DNA of 64,000 nucleotides from Thermoplasmata archaeon (GCA_052325545.1 JBKQUP010000009.1:13486-77485); one strand, 5' to 3'; numbered from the stretch's first letter, positions 14,141-23,777 are shown. Numbers and translations: made by a program. The notes: generated from the sequence alone by a model not told the origin.

Positions 14141-14478
14141 GGTCCGGACGTCACGCCTCCCTCCTTGTAGGCGGTGACCACGAGCAGCGTCTTCGTCTCG
14201 CGGATCCCGCGGACGGCCGGCAGTCGGTGCAGGACGAACTCCTTCAGCTCCTCGTAGTGCGGGAAGCGGGCCTTGAGGAAGATGTCGGTGTCTCCCGTGA
14301 CGAGGAAGTCGTCCTGGACCTCGGCGAACTTCGCGACCTCGCTCGCGACGTTGTCCGCCTCGGCGGTCTCGACCTTGAGGGCGATGAGGGCGACCACGTG
14401 CTCGTTCCCCCAGACCTTCGAGAACGTGCTCTCCACGGCTCCACTGACCGGCGACTTGGTCGCGGCGGGTTTCTCCAT
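14137..14478 (-). CDS. stand-alone Lrp/AsnC C-terminal (RAM) ligand-binding domain protein
   Basis: 113 aa, ATG verified; HVVALIALKV...FAEVQDDFLVTGDTDIFLKARFPHYEELKEFV pattern of AsnC-type regulatory domains; SD-like AAGGAG/GGAGG upstream. Confidence 0.55.
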   Translation of the reverse strand: MEKPAATKSPVSGAVESTFSKVWGNEHVVALIALKVETAEADNVASEVAKFAEVQDDFLVTGDTDIFLKARFPHYEELKEFVLHRLPAVRGIRETKTLLVVTAYKEGGVTSGP

Positions 14479-14507
14479 GGTGAACCTCCGAAAAGCGTCG
14501 TCTCCTT

Positions 14508-14557
14508 AGTGAAAAGCGAATGCCCCGCTCTCGAACCGCGCTACACCACCGGGGCGG
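14508..14557 (-). terminator. GC hairpin (GCCCCG...CGGGGC) followed by ATTCGCTTTTCAC on the minus strand
   Basis: The stem is seen directly at 14522-14555 with T4 downstream on the transcribed strand; it sits between the small ORF and the AsnC-like gene. Confidence 0.3.
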
Positions 14558-14714
14558 ACTCGAACTCCTCTTGGAGGTCGTTGATGACCTGATCGATCAC
14601 AGTGCCGGCCGTGCCCCCGCGGTACTCGCGGATGCCCCCCGCCTCGCTCGAGACGCGGGCGATGACGTCGGCCGCTCCGCGCAGGAACTCAACACTGCAG
14701 ATGAACTCCTCCAT
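14541..14714 (-). CDS. hypothetical small protein (57 aa), possibly expressed from the palindromic TATA box
   Basis: ATG at 14714 lies about 46 nt downstream of a TATA box. There is no homology signal I can recognise, and it could instead be an untranslated RNA. Confidence 0.3.
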   Translation of the reverse strand: MEEFICSVEFLRGAADVIARVSSEAGGIREYRGGTAGTVIDQVINDLQEEFESAPVV

Positions 14715-14756
14715 TGACGGCCGGCCCCCCACCGAGCCGGGCGCCCGAAAAAGCTC

Positions 14757-14767
14757 CTCTATATAGG
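14757..14767. promoter_or_regulatory. palindromic archaeal TATA box CTCTATATAGG (with an AAAAG BRE-like sequence upstream on the minus strand)
   Basis: Strong A/T hexamer TATATA in a GC-rich intergenic region, flanked divergently by a small minus-strand ORF and a plus-strand membrane-protein ORF. Confidence 0.4.
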
Positions 14768-14914
14768 CTTTTGCAAAGCCCCGAAACCGGTCGCGCGTCG
14801 TCGGGTCGCGATTCCCTTGCCCCGCGCGGCTCTCGCAACCTCTTCTCGCACCGAGATTCATCCCTACCCCGGGTCGAAGGAGGGTCCTTAACCGCGCAGC
14901 GCCTCGCCCCTTCC

Positions 14915-15229
14915 ATGACGTCCGGACCTACTACGCCCATCCATGCCCCGGTCCCGCAGACCGTCTCCAGCATCCCACCTGCCGGCCGACCCGACCCGAG
15001 TTCGGGCGCACCCGTCGTGAAGATGGTGGGGATGATCCTCGAAGGGGTCGGCGCGGTCGTCTCTGGCCTGAGCCTTTCGTTCCTGATTCCGGTCATCAAC
15101 GGCAGCTCATCGAACTATCAATCCTCCGAGACCGCGCTCTTCAACACCCTGGAGGCCGGAATTATCATCATCGGGATCGGCGTGATCGTGCTCGGCATCG
15201 GCGCCTACTTGGAATCTCGACATCGCTGA
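14915..15229 (+). CDS. hypothetical small membrane protein (two predicted TM helices)
   Basis: Track ORF 14714..15229 trimmed to ATG 14915; the C-terminus MVGMILEGVGAVVSGLSLSFLIPV...AGIIIIGIGVIVLGIGAYL is strongly hydrophobic. Confidence 0.4.
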   Translation: MTSGPTTPIHAPVPQTVSSIPPAGRPDPSSGAPVVKMVGMILEGVGAVVSGLSLSFLIPVINGSSSNYQSSETALFNTLEAGIIIIGIGVIVLGIGAYLESRHR

Positions 15230-15292
15230 CGGGATCCGACACAGTTCGGTCCTTCGGCGCGACCCTCGGAACGGACCGGTAGGTGACCCGAT

Positions 15293-15640
15293 TTGTCCGG
15301 GTCTCGGGCCATCCGTCCTAAGACGCGGGCGTATCGTTATCTTCCCGGTTCGGTACTGGAGCCCCGGGAGGTCGGGAGAACGAACGCGCCGACGGTCCGC
15401 ATCGAGGTACGCGTAGAGCTCAAGCCCGGCGTGATGGACGCCGAGGCCGAGAGCATCGAGAAATCCCTCGCGCTCCTCGGGATCCCGTCCGTGCGCCACG
15501 TGACCACCGCCCGGGTCTACGACCTCGAGTTCGCGAACGTGTCGGAGGCCGAAGCCCGGCGCCTCGCGGACCGCGCGGTCGAACGCCTCCTCGCGAACCC
15601 TGTCATCCACCGAGTGTCGGTGCGCCCGCTCTCGGCCTAG
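15293..15640 (+). CDS. purS: phosphoribosylformylglycinamidine synthase subunit PurS
   Basis: VRIEVRVELKPGVMDAEAESIEKSLALLGIPSVRHVTTARVYDLEF...LLANPVIH matches PurS. The first in-frame start is ATG 15293, giving a 34-aa N-extension; the true start is uncertain. Confidence 0.75.
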   Translation: MSGSRAIRPKTRAYRYLPGSVLEPREVGRTNAPTVRIEVRVELKPGVMDAEAESIEKSLALLGIPSVRHVTTARVYDLEFANVSEAEARRLADRAVERLLANPVIHRVSVRPLSA

Positions 15641-15644
15641 ACGC

Positions 15645-17951
15645 ATGTCCGACTGGGCGGACGAGGTCGCCTCGTTTCCCATCCGCCACGTTTCGCTTTC
15701 CGGCCTCGACCGGCTGTCGGAAGCGCGGGGCCTTGGGCTCGACCGACGCGAGCTCCTTCGGCTCCGGGCGTACTACCGGGCTGAAGGTCGTGAGCCGACG
15801 GACGTCGAGCTCGCCGGGATCGCGCAAAGCTGGAGCGAGCACTGCAGCTACAAGAGCTCCCGACCGTTCCTGAAGCGCGCGTTCTCGAGCCTGCACCCCA
15901 AGCCCCGGGTCCTGGGGACCGGCGACGCCGGGGTCCTCCACTTCGAGGACGGGTTCGCCTACGCCATCCGCATCGAGTCCCACAACCATCCGTCCGCCGT
16001 GGAGCCGTACGGCGGCGCGGCGACCGGCATCGGAGGGATCCTCCGGGACGTTCTCGCGGTCGGGGGTAAGCCGATCGCGCTCAGCGACCCTCTCTTCTTC
16101 GGCCCTCTTGACCGTGGACCCGACACGCTTCCGCCCGGAGTGAAGAGCCCTCGGTACATCGCCGAGGGGGTCATCGCCGGGATCCGCGACTACGGAAACC
16201 GGGTCGGCGTCCCGACCGTCTCGGGGTGCGTTTACTTCGACCCGGCGTACGTCGTGAACCCGCTCGTGAACGTGGGCTGTGTCGGGTTCCTGCCGAAGAG
16301 CCGACTGACCCCGAACCGTGCGCACGCCGCGGGGGACCACCTGGTCCTCGCCGGGGGGCTCACCGCCCGCGACGGCATCGGGGGAGTGGCGTTCGCTTCG
16401 AAGGAGCTCACCGACCGCAGCGAGTCCGAGTCCCGCGGCGCGGTCCAGCTCGGGAACCCGATCATGAAGGAGCCGCTCATCCACGCTTGCCTCGAGTCGT
16501 ACGACCGGGGCCTCGTCCGCGGGCAGAAGGACCTCGGGGGCGGCGGCCTCGCCACGGCCTCCGGCGAGCTCGTCAACTCCGGCGGCTTTGGCTCGCACAT
16601 CCACCTCGACCGCGTGCCGCTCCGCGAGGAGGGACTCCGCCCGTGGGAGGTCTGGGTCTCCGAGTCCCAGGAGCGGATGATCCTGGACGTCGCTCCGTCG
16701 GACCTCCCCGCGCTGCTCGCGATCTTCCGGCGCCACGACGTGCCGGCGACCGATATCGGTGAGGTGGTCCCCGGGCCGTACGAGACCTTGCTCTGGAAGG
16801 GGGCGCTCGCCGCTCAGATGAAGGTCGGCTTCCGGGTCGACCCGCCGACCGTCCGTCGGCCGACCCGCGCCCGGCGCCGTCGGTCCGCCCGGTCCCCCGA
16901 CCTAGCGAACGAGGATCCGGCCGGCGTCCTCGTCGACCTTCTCCTCGCCCCGGACTCCGTCTCGCGAGAGGGGGTCCTGCGGGTCTACGACCACGAGGTC
17001 CAGGGCCGAACGGTCGTGAAGCCGCTCCACGGGCGCGTCACCTCCCCGTCGCACGGCGACGCGACGGTGATCCAGCCCCGTCCCTCGAGCCTGCGCGGGC
17101 TCGGCATCACGACGGCCACCCAACCCTGGGCGTGCTCCGAGGACCCGGAGAACGGAGCCGTCATGATCGTCGAAGAGGCCGCTCGGAACCTCTACTCCGT
17201 CGGTGCGCGGCCCGACTCGTTCACGAACTGCCTCAACTTCGGTAACCCCGAAGACCCGCGCGTGCTCGGGGACTTCGCGGCCGCGACCCGGGGCCTCGCG
17301 CGCGGCGCCCGGGCCCTGGGATTCACCGTGCCGAGCGGGAACGTCAGCTTCTACAACGGAGGTCTGGGCGCTGAGATCCCCCCGACCCCCGTGCTGCTCG
17401 CCACCGGGATCGTGGACGACATCACCCACGTCGCGACGAGCGACCTGAAGACCGAGGGAGACCCGCTCTACCTGCTCGGACGCTCGGCCAGCGAGCTCGG
17501 CGGGTCGTTGTGGGCTCGGCGACACGGCCGGACCGGGCTCGCTCTCCCCCGGACCGACCCCGCGGGCCTCCGTCGGCTCGGGGAGCGATTGCTCTCGGCG
17601 GAGCGCCGGGGTCTCGTGCGGGCCGTCCACGATGTCTCGGATGGAGGGCTCGCCGTAACGCTCTCCGAGATGGCGTTCGGAGGAGGCATCGGGTTCGCGG
17701 TCGACCTGGACGCCACGGGTCTTCGTTCTCCGCCCCTCGCGCTCGCGGCCGAAGGCGGAAGCCGGTTCGTGGTCGAGGTGCCCGTCGGGGAGCGGCGGCG
17801 GTTCGAACGGACGTTCGCCTCGTCCGACCGCGTCCGCCTCGGCACGGTCGTGGCCGCCGACGCGACCTTGCGCTGGAAGGGCCACACCCTCGCGACCGTG
17901 CCGCTCCGACCGCTCTACGAGCGGTGGCGCAGCGGTCTCGGACTTCCCTAG
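15645..17951 (+). CDS. purL: phosphoribosylformylglycinamidine synthase II (PurL)
   Basis: 768 aa, ATG verified; AIRIESHNHPSAVEPYGGAATGIGGILRD motif; adjacent to purS. Confidence 0.95.
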   Translation: MSDWADEVASFPIRHVSLSGLDRLSEARGLGLDRRELLRLRAYYRAEGREPTDVELAGIAQSWSEHCSYKSSRPFLKRAFSSLHPKPRVLGTGDAGVLHFEDGFAYAIRIESHNHPSAVEPYGGAATGIGGILRDVLAVGGKPIALSDPLFFGPLDRGPDTLPPGVKSPRYIAEGVIAGIRDYGNRVGVPTVSGCVYFDPAYVVNPLVNVGCVGFLPKSRLTPNRAHAAGDHLVLAGGLTARDGIGGVAFASKELTDRSESESRGAVQLGNPIMKEPLIHACLESYDRGLVRGQKDLGGGGLATASGELVNSGGFGSHIHLDRVPLREEGLRPWEVWVSESQERMILDVAPSDLPALLAIFRRHDVPATDIGEVVPGPYETLLWKGALAAQMKVGFRVDPPTVRRPTRARRRRSARSPDLANEDPAGVLVDLLLAPDSVSREGVLRVYDHEVQGRTVVKPLHGRVTSPSHGDATVIQPRPSSLRGLGITTATQPWACSEDPENGAVMIVEEAARNLYSVGARPDSFTNCLNFGNPEDPRVLGDFAAATRGLARGARALGFTVPSGNVSFYNGGLGAEIPPTPVLLATGIVDDITHVATSDLKTEGDPLYLLGRSASELGGSLWARRHGRTGLALPRTDPAGLRRLGERLLSAERRGLVRAVHDVSDGGLAVTLSEMAFGGGIGFAVDLDATGLRSPPLALAAEGGSRFVVEVPVGERRRFERTFASSDRVRLGTVVAADATLRWKGHTLATVPLRPLYERWRSGLGLP

Positions 17952-17969
17952 CCTCCCGAGGACGCGACC

Positions 17970-18674
17970 ATGACGGTCACGGCGCTGGTCTCCGGGGGGA
18001 AGGATTCGATCTACGCGGCCTACCTCGCGGACACGCAGGGCTGGCCGGTCGACGAGCTCGTGACGATCGCCCCCGAGAACCCCGACGCGATGATGTTCCA
18101 CACCCCGAACCTGGAACTGGTCACGCTCCAGGCCCAGGCCTGGAAGAAGTCGCATCGTCGGGTGCCGGTGCGCGGGACGGGCGAGGAGCGCGAGCTCGCG
18201 GCCTTGCGGGAAGCGATCGAAGGCGAGCGGGGGCCCGTGGTAGCGGGCGCGATCCAGTCGTCGTACCAATGGGCACGCCTGCTGAGGATCGCGGACGGGG
18301 TGGGCCGGCGCCTCTATGCCCCTCTGTGGAGGAAGGAGCCCGCCCGAGTGGTCCGCGAGGAGATCACGGCCGGCCTCGACATCCGCCTCGTGCACCTCGC
18401 GGCCGAGCCGCTCACCCCCGATCTGCTCGGTCGTCGACTGGACCTCGACCTCGTCGCCGAGCTCGAGCGCCGAAGCCGAGAGATCCGGCCGGTGAACGTC
18501 GCCGGAGAGGGGGGCGAGTTCGAGACCCTGGTCGTCGACGCCCCGTTCTTCGAGGGACGGATCGAGCCCGAGGTGGTCGAGCGTTCGGTGACCGGGTCTA
18601 CCTCCCAGCTCCGGATCACGAAGGCTCGCCTCGTCCCCAAGGCCGCCCGTCCTCCGCCGCGCGCGGCCCCGTGA
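17970..18674 (+). CDS. PP-loop ATPase of the diphthine-ammonia ligase (Dph6/MJ0570) family
   Basis: ALVSGGKDS PP-loop; 234 aa; ATG verified. Confidence 0.7.
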   Translation: MTVTALVSGGKDSIYAAYLADTQGWPVDELVTIAPENPDAMMFHTPNLELVTLQAQAWKKSHRRVPVRGTGEERELAALREAIEGERGPVVAGAIQSSYQWARLLRIADGVGRRLYAPLWRKEPARVVREEITAGLDIRLVHLAAEPLTPDLLGRRLDLDLVAELERRSREIRPVNVAGEGGEFETLVVDAPFFEGRIEPEVVERSVTGSTSQLRITKARLVPKAARPPPRAAP

Positions 18675-18745
18675 CCCGCGCCGCTTCCTCCGGCATTTTT
18701 TCGAGGCCCCCGGAGTTATAGTTCCCGTCGGTCTCCCCGGCCCCG

Positions 18746-20461
18746 ATGTCGGCGAGCCGCCCGACCCGACCGTCCTCCCCGACGGGGCGGGACGAGGACC
18801 GCAATGACCCGGTCCGAGAGCGCACTCGCCGCTGGGAGGAGACGACCCTCGCTCCCGCCCTCGCGAAGAACCCGGAGCGGAAGGAACGGTTCACGACCCT
18901 GGGGGGTATCCCGGTCGACCGGCTGTACACCCCCCGCTCGTCCGCGGGGTCGTTCGACCGGATCGGCTACCCGGGCCAGCCCCCGTTCACGCGTGGGGTC
19001 CATCCCACGATGTACCGGGGCCGGCTCTGGTCGATGCGGATGTTCTCCGGCTTCGGCACCCCCGAGGATACGAACCGCCGGTTCCGCTACCTCCTGAAGC
19101 ACGGAGAGTCCGGGCTCTCCGTCGCGTTCGACGACCCGACGCTCTACGGGATCGACGCGGACGACCCCGAGGCGCTCGGCGAGGTGGGGAAGTGCGGGGT
19201 CAACGTGAGCTCGCTCGACGACATGCGCCGGCTGCTCGCCGGGATCCCGCTCGCCGACGTGACGACGAGCATGACGATCAACGCCCCCGCGAACATCCTC
19301 TGGGGGATGTACCTGCTCGCCGGCACGGCGAGCCGGGTCCCCTTCGCCCGCCTAGGCGGCACGACCCAGAACGACATCCTGAAGGAGTACATCGCGCAGA
19401 AGGAGTTCCTCTACCCGCCGCGCCACGCCCTGCGTCTCGTCACCGACACGATCGAGTTCGCGACCCGGTCGACCCCGAAGTGGAACCCGGTCTCGATCTC
19501 GGGCTACCACATCCGCGAAGCGGGGTCCACCGCGGTCCAGGAGCTCGCGTTCACCCTCGCGGACGGACGCACGTACGTCGCGGAGGCGAAGAAGCGCGGC
19601 CTCGACGTGGACGAGTTCGCGCCGCGACTGTCGTTCTTCTTCAACTCGCACAACGACTTCTTCGAGGAGGTCGCGAAGTTCCGCGCCGCCCGCCGGATCT
19701 GGGCGCAGCTGATGCGCGATGAGTTCGGCGCGAAGCTGGACCGGTCGACGTGGCTGCGCTTCCACACGCAGACCGCGGGATGCTCGTGCACCGCGCAACA
19801 GCCCGAGCTCAACATCGTCCGGACCACCATCCAAGCGCTCGCCGGCGTCCTCGGAGGCACGCAGTCGCTGCACACGAACTCCTACGACGAGGCGATCCAG
19901 CTCCCGAGCGAGGACGCGGTCCGCATCGCGCTCCGCACCCAGCAGATCCTCGCGCACGAATCCGGCGTCGCGGAGTCGGTCGACCCGTTCGCGGGGAGCT
20001 ACTACGTCGAGTGGCTCACCGACACGATGGAGGAGGAAGCGCGCCGCTACTTCGACCGGATCGATGCCCTCGGTGGGGTGGTCGCCGGGATCGAGCGCGG
20101 ATTCTTCCAGCGCGAGATCCAGGAAGCCTCGTTCCGCTACCAGCGGGCCGTCGAATCGGCGGAGGAGAAGGTCGTCGGCGTGAACGCCTACACGGTCGAC
20201 ACCCCCGTGAAGGTCCCGCGGCTCAAGATCACGGAGGAAGCCCGCCGGGCCCAGAGCCGCCGGCTCCGCGCGGTGCGTTCCCGCCGCGACCCCTCGCGTC
20301 ACACCGCCGCGCTCGACCGACTGCGCAAGGTCGCCGCGACCGAGGAGAAGAACACGATGCCCGCGGTCCTCGAAGCCCTGCAGGCGGACGCGACGCTCGG
20401 AGAGATTGTCCGCGCGTTCCAAGAGGTGTTCGGGTCGTACCGCGAGCGTTCGATGTACTAG
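18746..20461 (+). CDS. methylmalonyl-CoA mutase, large (catalytic) subunit
   Basis: 571 aa; FTTLGGIPVDRLYTP, RMFSGFGTPEDTNRRFRYLL, TIQALAGVLGGTQSLHTNSYDEA motifs. There is no B12-binding subunit adjacent. Confidence 0.9.
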   Translation: MSASRPTRPSSPTGRDEDRNDPVRERTRRWEETTLAPALAKNPERKERFTTLGGIPVDRLYTPRSSAGSFDRIGYPGQPPFTRGVHPTMYRGRLWSMRMFSGFGTPEDTNRRFRYLLKHGESGLSVAFDDPTLYGIDADDPEALGEVGKCGVNVSSLDDMRRLLAGIPLADVTTSMTINAPANILWGMYLLAGTASRVPFARLGGTTQNDILKEYIAQKEFLYPPRHALRLVTDTIEFATRSTPKWNPVSISGYHIREAGSTAVQELAFTLADGRTYVAEAKKRGLDVDEFAPRLSFFFNSHNDFFEEVAKFRAARRIWAQLMRDEFGAKLDRSTWLRFHTQTAGCSCTAQQPELNIVRTTIQALAGVLGGTQSLHTNSYDEAIQLPSEDAVRIALRTQQILAHESGVAESVDPFAGSYYVEWLTDTMEEEARRYFDRIDALGGVVAGIERGFFQREIQEASFRYQRAVESAEEKVVGVNAYTVDTPVKVPRLKITEEARRAQSRRLRAVRSRRDPSRHTAALDRLRKVAATEEKNTMPAVLEALQADATLGEIVRAFQEVFGSYRERSMY

Positions 20462-20477
20462 CGCCGGGGGGGCGGCC

Positions 20478-21881
20478 GTGACACGCGAGGAGTATTCCGC
20501 GGCGCTCGAGGAGCTGTTCCAGCGCCGACGCTTTGGCCTCCGCCCCGGGCTCGAAACGATCCAGGCCCTGCTCGCCGGGCTCGGCCACCCCGAGCGAACG
20601 TTCCCGGCGGTCCACGTCACGGGCAGCAAGGGGAAGGGCTCCACCGCCGTGATGGCCCAGTCGATCCTCACCGCGCACGGGCTGAGGACGGGCCTCTTCA
20701 CGTCGCCGCACCTCACCACCTACCGGGAGCGCGTGCGCGTCGACGGACGGCTCATCCCGCGCTCGGCGGTCGTCGACGGGGTGCGGCGCGTCGAAGCGGT
20801 CACCCACGCCGCCGAGGCGGCCGGGGACATCGACCACGCGCCGACGTTCTTCGAGGCGACGACCGCGCTCGCGTTCGACTGGTTCGCCCGCGAGGAGGTG
20901 GACGTGGCCGTCGTCGAGGTCGGTATCGGCGGACGTCTCGATGCGACCAACGTGCTCGACTCTCGCGTCGGCGTGATCACGACGATCGAGCTCGAGCACA
21001 CCGACCTGCTCGGGCCGGACCTCGCCTCGATCGCTCGCGAGAAGGCCGGGATCCTCCATGCGGGGATGACCGGCGTCGTCGGGGAGCTTCCGGCGGAGGC
21101 TCGGACGGTCGTTGAGGCCACGGCGACCCAGGTCGGCGTTCCGCTCTGGCACGCCGAGAAAGAGGTCCGTGTCGAAGGTCGGAGCCTCTCCGCCGACGGC
21201 CAGACGCTCTCGGTGCGCGTGCCGGGGCGGTCGTTCCCCGACCTCTTCCTCCCCCTGCTCGGCCGGTTCCAGCCGGGGAATGCGGCCCTCGCGGTCGCCG
21301 CGACGGTGCGCTTCGCCCAGGCCACCGGCCTCGAGCTCACCGACGAGAAGGTCGCCGCCGGGCTCGCCCACGCGCGTTGGCCCGGACGGCTCGAACGGGT
21401 CGGGAAGCGACCCGAGCTGTTCTACGACGTCGCCCACACGCCCGACAGCGCACGGCTGCTCGCTCAGAGCCTGGCCGAGATCTCTCCGCTCGCGAGTCCC
21501 GAGGAGAGCGTGGTCCTCTTCGGCTGTCTCCGGGAGAAGGATGCCGGCCGCATCCTGGACGCCCTTTCGCCGCTCGCACGGACGCTCATCGTCGTGCCGG
21601 TCCGTTCGGACCGAAGTGCCCGCCCCTCCGAGCTGAGGCTGGCGGCGGTCGGACGCTTTCCCCGGATCGTCGAGGCCCGCTCGGCGGCGGAGGGACTCGC
21701 GCTCGCCCGGGCCGGCACAGGCCCGGACGGGTTCACCCTCGTGACGGGCAGTGACTACCTCGTAGGCGAGCTCCTTCGGGGAGCGGAGGATCGCGACGAA
21801 CCGGATCTTTCCGATCCCGGCGTGTCGCCTTCCAGGGCTGTGGCTCCAACGGCCTTCTCGAAAGGGGGGGACCCGGTATGA
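20478..21881 (+). CDS. folC: folylpolyglutamate synthase / dihydrofolate synthase (FolC)
   Basis: Track ORF 20406..21881 trimmed to in-frame GTG 20478 (the upstream part overlaps the mutase). HVTGSKGKGST P-loop, TSPHL motif. Confidence 0.85.
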   Translation: MTREEYSAALEELFQRRRFGLRPGLETIQALLAGLGHPERTFPAVHVTGSKGKGSTAVMAQSILTAHGLRTGLFTSPHLTTYRERVRVDGRLIPRSAVVDGVRRVEAVTHAAEAAGDIDHAPTFFEATTALAFDWFAREEVDVAVVEVGIGGRLDATNVLDSRVGVITTIELEHTDLLGPDLASIAREKAGILHAGMTGVVGELPAEARTVVEATATQVGVPLWHAEKEVRVEGRSLSADGQTLSVRVPGRSFPDLFLPLLGRFQPGNAALAVAATVRFAQATGLELTDEKVAAGLAHARWPGRLERVGKRPELFYDVAHTPDSARLLAQSLAEISPLASPEESVVLFGCLREKDAGRILDALSPLARTLIVVPVRSDRSARPSELRLAAVGRFPRIVEARSAAEGLALARAGTGPDGFTLVTGSDYLVGELLRGAEDRDEPDLSDPGVSPSRAVAPTAFSKGGDPV

Positions 21882-22732
21882 CGCGCGGGAAGGTCGTCGC
21901 CGGGTTCGACTGGGAGCGGCTCCTCGACCGGCTCAGCGCGTTCTACGGGACGGGAGACTGGCGGCGGCCGTATCTCCGGGACCACGCCGAGAACCCGTTC
22001 CAGGTCCTCATTGGAACGATCCTCTCGCAGCGGACGCGCGACGCGAACACCGACGTCGCGAGCGCCCGCCTCTTCGCCCGTTTCCCGGACGCTCCCTCCC
22101 TGTCCCGAGCGAGACGGTCCGACGTCGAAGCGCTCATCCGGGTGACCGGCTTCTATCGTGTGAAGGCGCGGGTCCTCGGAAGGGTCGCGCGGGAGGTCCT
22201 CGACCGGTTCGACGGCACCGTCCCCCGGACCTTCGAGGAGCTCACCTCCCTCCCCGGCGTCGGCCCCAAGACCGCGAACTGCGTACTCGTCTTCGGGTAC
22301 GGCATCCCGGCGATCCCGGTCGACACTCACGTTCACCGCATCGCGAACCGGCTCGGCGTCGTCCGGACCCGCACTCCCGAGGAGACCGAAGCCGGTCTCC
22401 GCGAGAAGGTGGACCCGCGCTACTGGATCCCGGTCAACCCGCTCCTCGTCCAGCACGGCCAGAACCTCTGCCGCCCGAACCGCCCGCGCTGCCCGGAGTG
22501 CCCGATCGCCGACCAGTGCGCGACCGGTCTCGCTCTCAGGGACGGACGGAGCCCTCCGCGACCGGAGGACCGGCCGACGCGGCGGGCATCGCCGGAAGCA
22601 GCACGATCGCCACGAAGGTCGAGAGCATCAGGAGCGGGAGCACTTCCCACGCGACGGCGTAGGAGTACGTCGCGACGATCACCCCGAAGAGAGCCGAGAC
22701 GCCCGCTCCACCGGCGAGCTGGATCGAGTTGA
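21878..22732 (+). CDS. nth: endonuclease III (Nth) HhH-GPD DNA glycosylase with a 4Fe-4S cluster; C-terminal low-complexity tail
   Basis: The ATG overlaps the folC stop (ATGA). LPGVGPKTANCVL HhH motif; CRPNRPRCPECPIADQC cluster. The last ~60 aa are an R/P/S-rich tail overlapping the convergent MFS gene. Confidence 0.85.
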   Translation: MTRGKVVAGFDWERLLDRLSAFYGTGDWRRPYLRDHAENPFQVLIGTILSQRTRDANTDVASARLFARFPDAPSLSRARRSDVEALIRVTGFYRVKARVLGRVAREVLDRFDGTVPRTFEELTSLPGVGPKTANCVLVFGYGIPAIPVDTHVHRIANRLGVVRTRTPEETEAGLREKVDPRYWIPVNPLLVQHGQNLCRPNRPRCPECPIADQCATGLALRDGRSPPRPEDRPTRRASPEAARSPRRSRASGAGALPTRRRRSTSRRSPRREPRRPLHRRAGSS

Positions 22733-23777
22733 ACAGCCCGATCGCGAGCGGGATCTCCGCGGCCGGCACCTCCCGCCAGGAGTGCGGGATGACATACATC
22801 ACCGCGTAGATGATCCCGTACGAGAACGCGAAGACGACCCCGACCGCCAGGGCGACCGCGAGTCCGGCCCATGGCAGCAGGACCAGCACGCCGGCCCCGA
22901 CGAGCATCGCGACCACGAACTGGGTCCGGTGGTTCCGGTGGCGTTCGGCGGCGCGGCCGCCGATCGGACCACCCAGGATGCTCGGAAGGACGAACATCAT
23001 CCCGACCACGCCGGCCAGGGCGATCGTCCAACCTTCGACCGTTTCTCCCCACGGAACGACGAACTGGCCGGTCGCGAACGTGGCGCCTTCCAGCCCGATG
23101 AACGCGATGCCCACCGCCCAGACCCCTCGGTACCGCAACGACACCGGAAGTCGGGGACCCCGGACCGTGGGACTTTTCGGTGCCGCACCGACCGTTGGGG
23201 GAACCAACACGATACTGACCAGAGCAGCCCCTCCGAGCACCGCTCCTCCGACCACGAGGGTGAGCTGCCAGCCAATGAACGGGATCAGAAGCGCCGAACC
23301 GACGATCCCGAGCGCGGACCCGGCGCTGAACGCGGAGCTGAAGATCCCGACGGGGACTCCCCGGCGTCCGGGTGGGTAGAGGCTGGCCACGAGCCCGATC
23401 GCCGGCGAGAAGAAGAGCGCGGCGCCCACGCCCGCGACCAGGCGAAGGGCGACGAGGATGAGGAACGACGGCGCCGCGGCGCAGGCCGCCGCGCTGACGG
23501 CGAGCAGGCCGACCCCGGCGAGGGAGACCAACCGCGCGCCGTACCGACGGGCGAGCAATCCCGCCGGGACCTGAAGAAGCCCCGCACCCACGAGGAACGC
23601 GGCGACGAGGACCCCCCAGTCCGCGGGGCCGACCCCGTACGTCGCTCCGATCGGCCGCAGCGCGGGGCTGATGTCGAACCAATTGTAGGCGTATCCAATC
23701 CGCAGCGCGATCAACGCCGCGGTGGCGCGCGCCGCGGCCCGTGGGCTCAGTGGGATTTCGCCGAGCGTCTCCTCCAC
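22536..23777 (-). CDS. MFS-type transporter
   Basis: 413 aa, about 12 hydrophobic segments, MFS-like G..R motifs. Confidence 0.75.
   Translation of the reverse strand: MEETLGEIPLSPRAAARATAALIALRIGYAYNWFDISPALRPIGATYGVGPADWGVLVAAFLVGAGLLQVPAGLLARRYGARLVSLAGVGLLAVSAAACAAAPSFLILVALRLVAGVGAALFFSPAIGLVASLYPPGRRGVPVGIFSSAFSAGSALGIVGSALLIPFIGWQLTLVVGGAVLGGAALVSIVLVPPTVGAAPKSPTVRGPRLPVSLRYRGVWAVGIAFIGLEGATFATGQFVVPWGETVEGWTIALAGVVGMMFVLPSILGGPIGGRAAERHRNHRTQFVVAMLVGAGVLVLLPWAGLAVALAVGVVFAFSYGIIYAVMYVIPHSWREVPAAEIPLAIGLFNSIQLAGGAGVSALFGVIVATYSYAVAWEVLPLLMLSTFVAIVLLPAMPAASAGPPVAEGSVRP

Noticed and set aside
14522-14600. tRNA-like fragment (GGAGTTCGAGTCC, GGTGGTGTAGCGCGG on the minus strand)
   Set aside because: No acceptor, D or anticodon arms can be assembled; the region folds as a simple GC hairpin followed by U-tract, consistent with a terminator.
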